Assembly: GCA_041178085.1 (NCBI GenBank)
Contig: JBEGVZ010000104.1
Span: 3,719-67,718 of the forward strand
Direction of reading: 5' to 3'
From: Pseudomonadota bacterium
GTDB lineage: Bacteria; Bdellovibrionota_B; Oligoflexia; Oligoflexales; RGVZ01
DNA length: 64,000 nucleotides
Shown: positions 56,415 through 64,000 of the stretch, in pieces
Layout of the letters: the number at the start of each line of letters is the position of its first letter
How positions within the stretch are numbered: position 1 is the stretch's first letter
The notes under the pieces: model-generated
Databases searched by the model: none
Told to the model about the DNA's origin: nothing
What the model saw: the letters and a program-made list of their open reading frames with translations, nothing else
Position numbers and translations under genes: made by a program

Positions 56415-57533
56415 TCAGACGTTGAACCGGAACTCCATGACGTCACCATCCTTGACCACATAGTCCTTGCCTTCGATGCGCATCAGGCCCATTTCCTTGA
56501 GCTTGACGCGCGAACCGGCCTTGACCAGGTCGTCACAGGAATAAACTTCAGCACAAATAAATCCGCGTTCGAAATCTGAATGGATCTTGCCAGCAGCACG
56601 TGGGGCCTTGTCGCCCTTGTTAAAGGTCCATGCATGGACTTCTTTCTCGCCAGCCGTGAAGTAGGTTTGAAGATTGAGCGTGGTATAGCCCGCACGGATC
56701 ATGCGGTTAAGGCCGGGCTCCGTCATGCCAAGGGAAGCGATCAGTTCCTTGCGCGACTCCTCATCGAGCTGGCCCAGTTCTTCCTCGAGCTTGCCGCAGA
56801 TGATAACCACCTGCGCACCTTCTTGCTTTGCGTATTCCTTCACTTCAAGGGTCAGCGCATTGTCCTTGTCCCCTGCCGCCATGTCCTCATCGACATTGCA
56901 CACATACAGGACAGGCTTGCCGGTAAGCAGGTGCAGGTCGCGGTATGCGTCCCGAACTTCGAGAACATCACCAACGAACGGCTCAACGTCGAAAGTACGG
57001 GCTGGCACAAGTTTCTGCAGGTGGTTATTGAGTGCCTCCAGCATCGACAGGATTGCCGTGATTTTTTTCTGTCCGCTCTTGGCCAGGCGGCGGTAACGCT
57101 CGAGAGCCGCGTCCACCGTGCCGACGTCTGCATAGACCAGCTCGGCCTGGATTGTTTCGATATCGCGTTTCGGCCCGACCGAACCTTCGACGTGCACGAT
57201 GTCGTCGGACTCAAAGCACCGGACAACGTGGGCGATCGCATCGGTGGCCCGGATGTTACCAAGGAACTGGTTGCCAAGCCCTTCACCCTTGGATGCGCCG
57301 CGCACCAGGCCGGCAATGTCGACAAATTCCATGCTGGTGGGGATGATGACCTTCGTCTTTACAAGGTTGGCGATCACTTGCAGACGGGGATCCGGAACAT
57401 CGACACGGCCGATGTTGGGATCGATGGTGCAGAACGGAAAGTTGGCCGAAGCAGCGCCAGCAGCCGTCAAGGCGTTGAAGATGGTTGATTTGCCGACGTT
57501 AGGGAGGCCGACGATCCCGCAATTGAAACCCAT
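56415..57533 (-). CDS. ychF: Redox-regulated ATPase YchF
   Basis: GLPNVGKST, NFPFCTIDPN, DIAGLV, TGS domain. Confidence 0.97.
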   Translation of the reverse strand: MGFNCGIVGLPNVGKSTIFNALTAAGAASANFPFCTIDPNIGRVDVPDPRLQVIANLVKTKVIIPTSMEFVDIAGLVRGASKGEGLGNQFLGNIRATDAIAHVVRCFESDDIVHVEGSVGPKRDIETIQAELVYADVGTVDAALERYRRLAKSGQKKITAILSMLEALNNHLQKLVPARTFDVEPFVGDVLEVRDAYRDLHLLTGKPVLYVCNVDEDMAAGDKDNALTLEVKEYAKQEGAQVVIICGKLEEELGQLDEESRKELIASLGMTEPGLNRMIRAGYTTLNLQTYFTAGEKEVHAWTFNKGDKAPRAAGKIHSDFERGFICAEVYSCDDLVKAGSRVKLKEMGLMRIEGKDYVVKDGDVMEFRFNV

Positions 57534-57571
57534 TTTTATGACAACCCGATAAAAGAGAAAACGTTGCTTGA

Positions 57572-58063
57572 TCAGCTGCGCATGTTGATGAACTGCAGGG
57601 GGAACTTTAGTTCCTTCGCCTTCAGCATTGCCATGGTTGCCTGAAGTTCATCGATGCTCTTGGAACTGACCCGGACCTGTTCGCCCTGGATCTCTGCCTG
57701 CACCTTCAGCTTCGAGTCCTTGATGGCCTTGGTGACTTCCTTGGCCTCTTCCTTTTCCATCGCCGCCTTGATCTCGATGACTTGGCGAATGGTGTTGCCG
57801 GTCGCAGCCTCTTCCTTGCCATACTTGAGCGCGCGCAAGTCAAGGTTGCGTTTGGCCATCTTGGTGGCGAGCACTTGATGGATCGAGCGGAGCTTCATGT
57901 CGTCATCGGCCAGGATCTTGATCTTCTTGGCCGTCTTGTCGAGCTCGATCGAGCTCTTGCCACCCCGGAAGTCGAACCGTTGCCCGATTTCCTTTTGGGT
58001 CTGGTTAACGGCGTTTTCGACCTCCATCATGTCGATTTCGCTGACGATGTCAAAAGATGGCAT
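57572..58063 (-). CDS. yajQ: YajQ family nucleotide/c-di-GMP-binding protein
   Basis: MPSFDIVS, RFDF, KVQAEIQGEQVRV, LQFIN. Confidence 0.95.
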   Translation of the reverse strand: MPSFDIVSEIDMMEVENAVNQTQKEIGQRFDFRGGKSSIELDKTAKKIKILADDDMKLRSIHQVLATKMAKRNLDLRALKYGKEEAATGNTIRQVIEIKAAMEKEEAKEVTKAIKDSKLKVQAEIQGEQVRVSSKSIDELQATMAMLKAKELKFPLQFINMRS

Positions 58064-58136
58064 GGATGCCCCTCCCCGATGCGTTACACTCGATTCGAAA
58101 CTTTGAAATTACGAACAGTTACCTTAGATTAGATAC

Positions 58137-59318
58137 ATGAACAATTCGTCCGGGAACACCATTCCAGTCGTCCAGCACCGGATCGCCTTGCCCGCACTGG
58201 CAGCGATTACCACCACTGCGTTGGCCCTTGCCTTATCGACCGCCGCGCCGGCCGCCAAGCTGGAGGGCCTGAGCCCCGCCGTCGTGAAACGGATCCAGAC
58301 GGCCAACACCAATTACAAGGAATGTCAGCAGGCGGCAATCACTGCCTTCAACTCGAAGCTAATCAATAAGGTCAAGTTTGACTCTGCGCTAGATGCCTGT
58401 CGGGAACGCTTCCCCGCCATAAGCCTTTACGGACAGTGCAAACGGGAAGCCCTGTCCGCAGCTGCTGCTACGAAAAAAGATCCAGCCACGGCACTTGCCG
58501 AATGCAAAAAACTGCTGATCGCGGCGTCTTTTGACCGGGACCAGGACATTCCTTTTTTCACCAGCCGGGGCCAGTTGTTCTTTAGCGGCATCGGGATGAA
58601 CCGCCCACAGTCGATTGCGACGCTTGACCCACCCAACTTCGACTGTGACCGTTTGAACAAGGCGGTTGCCAACCCGCTGGAAGCGCAACACATCCTGTTC
58701 GGCAACCACCCTAAGGTATTTGCTGGCCTGGGCCGTCTGGCCGCCAAGGAAATTGCCACATTGGCGCGCCTGGAAGCTCCGTCCGGGGGCGACCGCAAAA
58801 GAGGCGCGGGGACAAAGGGGTTTGGGCGCGTGTTTGGGAATCTGGATTCGCCCAACGCGACGGTCTTTTTTCCCAGCGCTCCGTGTGATTTTGACGGTCA
58901 ATTAGGCAAATCATTTTCGGGCCTTAGCGCTTTTTACCTGATCGACAAGGAAGGCGCCGAAGCGACCCCTTATTTCGGCATCGCCTACTACCGTCCCGGG
59001 GTGAAGGAACTGACCACGAAAGGGCTGGTGACCAAGCTGATCGAACTGCTCAATTCCCGGGACAAGGCGGGCGGAGGCTACTCGGCGATCATCAAAAACG
59101 ACACGACCGCGTTTGTCGCGAAAGCGGAATTCCAGGATTTCGACGAGGAAAAGGACCCGCGCAATGTTTGCAGGGATCCTCGAAAACATGAATTCATCGG
59201 GATCGTCCAGGCGACCAAAGATAATCCCGCCAAGCCCCGCTATTTAGTAGTGGCCAACGTCAAGAATTTGTGCGAATACGGAGATCGCCTTGCCGCCCGG
59301 CTGACCGCCGAAAAATGA
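58137..59318 (+). CDS. Exported Cys-rich hypothetical protein
   Basis: Signal peptide; helical N-terminus with regularly spaced Cys; alpha/beta C-terminus. Confidence 0.7.
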   Translation: MNNSSGNTIPVVQHRIALPALAAITTTALALALSTAAPAAKLEGLSPAVVKRIQTANTNYKECQQAAITAFNSKLINKVKFDSALDACRERFPAISLYGQCKREALSAAAATKKDPATALAECKKLLIAASFDRDQDIPFFTSRGQLFFSGIGMNRPQSIATLDPPNFDCDRLNKAVANPLEAQHILFGNHPKVFAGLGRLAAKEIATLARLEAPSGGDRKRGAGTKGFGRVFGNLDSPNATVFFPSAPCDFDGQLGKSFSGLSAFYLIDKEGAEATPYFGIAYYRPGVKELTTKGLVTKLIELLNSRDKAGGGYSAIIKNDTTAFVAKAEFQDFDEEKDPRNVCRDPRKHEFIGIVQATKDNPAKPRYLVVANVKNLCEYGDRLAARLTAEK

Positions 59319-59357
59319 CCGGCAGGTTTTTTTGTCAAAAGTTTTTAAGGAGTTGTA

Positions 59358-59552
59358 ATGCCAGGCATTCGCCTCAGAGACGGAGAAGCATTCGAAGGCG
59401 CCCTCCGCCGCTTTAAGAAGCAGTGTGAGAAGTCAGGTGTCCTTTCTGACGTTCGGAAGCGCGAGCACTACGAGAAGCCCTCGGTTCGCCGCAAGAAGAA
59501 GGCTGTTGCTGCTCGCAAGCGCATCCTCAAAAAACTCCGGAAGATGGGCTAA
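59358..59552 (+). CDS. rpsU: 30S ribosomal protein S21
   Basis: [19 protein letters not shown]; AAGGAG RBS. Confidence 0.97.
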   Translation: MPGIRLRDGEAFEGALRRFKKQCEKSGVLSDVRKREHYEKPSVRRKKKAVAARKRILKKLRKMG

Positions 59553-59579
59553 GCCCATCTGCTCGGTACGGGTTGAGTC

Positions 59580-61439
59580 ATGACCCAGGGCTCCGGTTCC
59601 ATCGATGATCTGAAAGACCGGATCCTCTCCCGAACATCCCTCGAAAGCCTGGCAGGTGAGTCGATTGCCCTCAAAAAGGGCTCCGGCCGCCTGATCGGGC
59701 TGTGTCCATTTCACGCTGAGAAAACTCCCAGTTTCCATGTTTTTCCCGATCGCTACTACTGCTTTGGCTGCAAGGCAAAGGGCGACATCATCGACTTCGT
59801 GCGCCAGACCAAGGGCATGGGATTCATCGATGCGCTTAAGTTCCTCTGCCAGAAATATGGCGTCGAAGCACCGGAGCTTGAGTCTTCCCGCCTGAACAGT
59901 GCGGAGCGTCATGAAGAGGCTGCTCAGATCAAAGCGCTGCTTGCGGCTCACGAAGAATTCAAGGCCAACATCAAGTCACCTGCTGGTGAGCATGCGCGCA
60001 AATACCTTGAAAAACGGGGTTTCAGTCCGGCCCAGATCGAAGAGTACGGCTTCGGGCTGACTCCTGCGGAGGGGTGGGGCCTGGTAAAAAAGCTGCGCGC
60101 CCTGGGTTTTCAGGAACGCGATCTGAAGGCGGCCTCCCTTGGCACCACTTCGGAAAAGACCGGACGCCTCTATGATTTCTTCCGCGACAACCGGGTAATG
60201 ATCCCGATTCGCGACAGCCAGGGTCGGTTGGTCGCATTTGGGGGCAGAACCCTGGGCGATCACCCGGCAAAGTACATCAACAGCCGGGAAACAAAATTAT
60301 TCGACAAATCCGCGCTACTGTTTGGCATGGACCGGGCGCGGCAGGCCATCAGGCAAAAGCAACGCGCCTTCATCGTTGAAGGTTACATGGATGTGCTGCA
60401 GCTCTGGGCCCACGGCATTCCAGAGACAGTTGCCTGCATGGGGACCGCGCTGACGGTTCGCCACCTGAATCTGCTCAAAGCAGCTTCGACCACAGCTTAT
60501 TTGCTGTTTGACGGCGATGCCGCCGGACAAAAAGCCTCCATGCTGGCCCTTGAGGCAAACCTGCAAGTCCCTGAAATGAAACTGAAAGTGATTCAGCTAC
60601 CTCAGGGCCAGGATCCTGACGAATTCGTCCGCGAACAGGGCGCTGCAGGTGTCGAGAAGCTGGTCGAGGCGTCCGTGGACCTGCTCGACTTCGCGATTTC
60701 AAGCCGGCTCCGCGGGGCTAGCCAGGCTCAGATCCCGGCACTTGTGACGCGCGAATTCATTCCGTGGCTCGTCAGGATTGGCGACCGGATCCAAAAGGGC
60801 GTCATCCTTTCGCGGATTTCAGAACTCAGCGGCCTGTCCCGAGAGACTTTGGCCGCCGAGGCGCGCATGCACATGCGTCACGTGGCGCAAGGCACTCAAG
60901 GAGTGCAGGCGACGCGAAAATCGCCCTCGACGTCTGAAAATTCCACCACCCCGGCACCAACCAGGACGGCTCAACCCCTCGACCGCGTGGACCTGGAGCT
61001 GCTGGGACACATCTACTTCGGGACCCCGGAAGAGTCCGGTTTTGATGCGGCGCGAAGTTACATCGAGCAAGAAGCCCGCTGGGATGCGGTGTGGATCGAC
61101 TTCGCTGGCGCCATGTTTGACATCCTCTCCAGCGGAAAATCTCCGGCCACAGTGGACGCCACTGAGCTGGCAGATGGTTCGGACGAAGTCACCGCATTCA
61201 TTGAGAAATCAAAGAAAACACCGGCAGCCTGGAAGGTTGCCGACCGGGGCGCCGCGGTGGCCCGCATTCTGGGCGACATCCGGATCAGGAGCCTGCGTAA
61301 GACGATCGAAGCCCTGCGCATGCAGGTCGCCGCAGCTTCCAGAAGCCCGGAGTCTGCTGCGGAATGCATGGCACTGCTAGCTTCGATCCTGGAGATGAAT
61401 TCTGAACTAAAACGCCTCGAGACCCGAAATCCGGGCTGA
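59580..61439 (+). CDS. dnaG: DNA primase
   Basis: CPFHAEKTPSF...CFGC Zn finger, KYINS, EGYMDV, FDGDAAG, DPD. Confidence 0.97.
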   Translation: MTQGSGSIDDLKDRILSRTSLESLAGESIALKKGSGRLIGLCPFHAEKTPSFHVFPDRYYCFGCKAKGDIIDFVRQTKGMGFIDALKFLCQKYGVEAPELESSRLNSAERHEEAAQIKALLAAHEEFKANIKSPAGEHARKYLEKRGFSPAQIEEYGFGLTPAEGWGLVKKLRALGFQERDLKAASLGTTSEKTGRLYDFFRDNRVMIPIRDSQGRLVAFGGRTLGDHPAKYINSRETKLFDKSALLFGMDRARQAIRQKQRAFIVEGYMDVLQLWAHGIPETVACMGTALTVRHLNLLKAASTTAYLLFDGDAAGQKASMLALEANLQVPEMKLKVIQLPQGQDPDEFVREQGAAGVEKLVEASVDLLDFAISSRLRGASQAQIPALVTREFIPWLVRIGDRIQKGVILSRISELSGLSRETLAAEARMHMRHVAQGTQGVQATRKSPSTSENSTTPAPTRTAQPLDRVDLELLGHIYFGTPEESGFDAARSYIEQEARWDAVWIDFAGAMFDILSSGKSPATVDATELADGSDEVTAFIEKSKKTPAAWKVADRGAAVARILGDIRIRSLRKTIEALRMQVAAASRSPESAAECMALLASILEMNSELKRLETRNPG

Positions 61440-61596
61440 ACTGGCCCGATTCTTGCCTGCCGCTTTTTTGCCATCAAAGCCTTGATCTGCCGGGGTTTTT
61501 CAGTTTAGATTTGGTGTCTTTTTTGAAACTGGAAATCCGCAGATTTCGGGGCTCCGCCAACGGCTCCCCGGTGGATCTTAGAGAGGATCACGCTCC

Positions 61597-64000
61597 ATGG
61601 CCAATTCGAAGAAATCCGACCGCCGCGTTGTGAAGCCGAAGGCACGGAAGACCACTTCCCTTGCCGCTGGTGGACAGAAGAAATCCACCGCACCGGTGAA
61701 GGTGAAAGTCCGGTCGAGTGACAAGGCCGTCAAGACGGTCGGTTCAAATGTGGCCAGGACCGTGAAACCACTCAAAGTGAAAGTCCAGGTTGCGAAACCA
61801 CAGAACACAAAGGTCGCGCAAGTTACTCCGCGTGCAGGTGGCAAAAAGTTGCCCGCAGTCGAGTCAACCATGAAGGCGCAGTCGAAGCTTCAGGGCAAAC
61901 TTGCCAAGTCTGGAAAATCGGTCCCGGCAAAAGGCAACGCAGGAAAGGTTGTCAAAGCGGGCAAGACACCAGCCGCGAAAGCCCCGGCCAGCCAAAAAAT
62001 GAAAGCTCCTGCGAGCAAGCCACTGGTAGCGAAGGCTCCGGCTGCTAAAGCGCCAGCGAAACCAGCTGTCAAGCCAGCTCCAGAAAAAGCGAAAATCGAA
62101 AAGACGAAAGTTGAAAAAGCGCAAACTGCCAAAGCTCCCGCAGAGAAAGCCGTGAAGGCAACGGGCAAGTCCGCGGAAGCTGGCGCCAAGCCCGTTAAGC
62201 CAGTTAAGGGCGAAGGCCGTTCCGGCAGCGAAAACTTTGAAGTCTACAAGGTTGTCGACGGGCTCGTAAAACTTGCGAAGAAAAACGGCTCGGTCAGCTA
62301 CAAGGACATCGATGCCGCAGTGCCAAAGGCAAACGCCAACCCGGACACCATTGACGAGATCGTGATGGCGCTCAGCGACAAGGGGATCGAACTGGTGGAT
62401 GCCAGCCCCGGACGCGGCCGCCCGGGCAAGGACGGCAAGGACGCGGCAGGCGGCGACGATGAGTTCCTGATGTCCGACGAAGAAGGCGGCTCCGGAGACA
62501 GCGAAGCCGGAGACTCCGAAAACGCATCCGAAAGCGAAGCAGAAACACCGGATACGAGTGATGCTTCCCTTGGCAAGTCGAATGACCCGGTCCGCATTTA
62601 CCTGCGCAAGATGGGCAGCGTTGCGCTCCTGTCACGCGAAGGTGAAGTGGTCATTGCCAAGAAAATTGAAAATGAAGAAAACCGCATCCTGGAGCGCTTG
62701 CTCCGCCTTGATATGGGGATGAACCTCATTGTCGACACGGCGCGCAAGTTTGTTGCCAACGAAATCCGGATGAAGGGTTTCATCAAAGGTTTCGATGATG
62801 ACGAGGCCTCGAACAACGAACAGGTTCACGCGGACAAGTTGCGTGAAGTGACTGCAAGGTTCCTGCTCGTGTACGACGAGTACGCAAGCACAAAGGAAAA
62901 GCAGACCGCCAAGAACAAAGACAAGGGCAACCAGCTGCTCGACAAGATGTTCAACCAGCTGAAGGACCTGAACATCAACCGCAAGCTGCTGATCCATACG
63001 ATCAACCAGCTTGCTACCCACGCCAACTCAGTCCGCGAGGCCCGTCAGGACCTTGACTACTACGCGCGGCGCCTGGGCACCAATTCAGCGGAAATACCGG
63101 GACTGTTGTCACGGTCGAACGGAACGACACCGTTCCCGACCATGTCTGACCGCGAATGGCAGCGCATCAGCCGCAACCTTCAGGCCGCTCAGGACATGAT
63201 CAACCAGGCCAGTGTCGCCTGCGGTCTTGACGCAGACGTGCTGCTTGCAACCTACAACGAACTGGCAGAGATGCAGCGCCGCGCCGAGCTTGCCAAGCGC
63301 GAGCTTGTCGAAGCCAACCTCCGCCTGGTGGTGTCGATTGCCAAAAAATACACCAACCGCGGCTTGCAGTTCCTGGATCTGATTCAGGAAGGCAACATCG
63401 GCCTGATGAAGGCCGTCGAGAAGTTTGAATACCGCCGCGGTTACAAGTTTTCGACCTATGCAACCTGGTGGATCCGCCAGGCCATCACCCGCGCGATTGC
63501 GGACCAGGCCAGGACTATCCGTATTCCGGTGCACATGATCGAAACGATCAACAAGTTGATCCGTACCAGCCGCTACCTCGTCCAGGAAATGGGCCGCGAA
63601 CCAACTCCGGAAGAGATTGCCGCAAGAATGGACCTGTCCATCGATAAGGTCCGCAAGGTTCTGAAGATTGCCGTGGAGCCAATCTCGCTTGAAACGCCGA
63701 TTGGCGAAGAGGAAGACAACCACATTGGCGACTTCCTGGAAGACAAGTCCCAGATGTCTCCATCAGAGTCTGTGACGGCGGGCGCCCTGTCGGAGCAAAC
63801 GAAGAAGGCCCTGGCCACGCTGACGCCGCGCGAGGAAAAAGTCCTCCGCATGCGTTTTGGCATCGGCGAGCGCAGCGACCACACGCTCGAAGAAGTCGGC
63901 CAGAACTTCGACGTGACCAGGGAACGTATCCGCCAGATCGAAGCAAAAGCGTTGCGCAAGCTGCGCCATCCTTCGCGAAGCAAGAAGTTGCGCGCCTTCA
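61597..64000 (+). CDS. rpoD: Primary sigma factor RpoD (3'-truncated) with long Lys/Ala/Pro-rich N-terminus
   Basis: Not in the ORF track because the stop lies outside the window; read from ATG 61597 (GAGAGG RBS): [61 protein letters not shown]. Confidence 0.96.
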   Translation, partial: MANSKKSDRRVVKPKARKTTSLAAGGQKKSTAPVKVKVRSSDKAVKTVGSNVARTVKPLKVKVQVAKPQNTKVAQVTPRAGGKKLPAVESTMKAQSKLQGKLAKSGKSVPAKGNAGKVVKAGKTPAAKAPASQKMKAPASKPLVAKAPAAKAPAKPAVKPAPEKAKIEKTKVEKAQTAKAPAEKAVKATGKSAEAGAKPVKPVKGEGRSGSENFEVYKVVDGLVKLAKKNGSVSYKDIDAAVPKANANPDTIDEIVMALSDKGIELVDASPGRGRPGKDGKDAAGGDDEFLMSDEEGGSGDSEAGDSENASESEAETPDTSDASLGKSNDPVRIYLRKMGSVALLSREGEVVIAKKIENEENRILERLLRLDMGMNLIVDTARKFVANEIRMKGFIKGFDDDEASNNEQVHADKLREVTARFLLVYDEYASTKEKQTAKNKDKGNQLLDKMFNQLKDLNINRKLLIHTINQLATHANSVREARQDLDYYARRLGTNSAEIPGLLSRSNGTTPFPTMSDREWQRISRNLQAAQDMINQASVACGLDADVLLATYNELAEMQRRAELAKRELVEANLRLVVSIAKKYTNRGLQFLDLIQEGNIGLMKAVEKFEYRRGYKFSTYATWWIRQAITRAIADQARTIRIPVHMIETINKLIRTSRYLVQEMGREPTPEEIAARMDLSIDKVRKVLKIAVEPISLETPIGEEEDNHIGDFLEDKSQMSPSESVTAGALSEQTKKALATLTPREEKVLRMRFGIGERSDHTLEEVGQNFDVTRERIRQIEAKALRKLRHPSRSKKLRAF

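Noticed and set aside
59358-64000. rpsU-dnaG-rpoD arrangement as a novelty
   Set aside because: This is the classic macromolecular synthesis operon.

Overview
Gene-dense chromosomal window of mostly core genes. Gene style (caa3 oxidase, GspC-N type II secretion, large Slt, FliA-type promoters) suggests a Bdellovibrionota/Oligoflexia-like or related deltaproteobacterial organism; this is an inference. No transposases, integrases, phage genes, rRNA or CRISPR arrays were seen. Main blocks: lipid/metal housekeeping genes (lysophospholipase, cholesterol-oxidase-like GMC enzyme, Cu P-type ATPase, Dus, orphan histidine kinase); a six-gene minus-strand module (beta-barrel protein, lipoprotein, ECF sigma, membrane anti-sigma-like protein, exported caspase-family protease with a barrel-like C-terminus, second lipoprotein); tRNA-Asp; a caa3 cytochrome c oxidase operon next to a YtkA-like gene and a divergent di-heme peroxidase; a stand-alone rplX; dsbD-patatin-sfsA-maiA; a GT4-TPR/Slt operon; a T2SS cluster led by aroK with two tandem gspC paralogs; ychF, yajQ; and rpsU-dnaG-rpoD, where RpoD has a ~210-aa Lys/Ala/Pro-rich extension. 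The best candidate for an undescribed system is the caspase/ECF/anti-sigma/lipoprotein module at 10.6-17.1 kb. All calls come from motif reading only; no searches were run.
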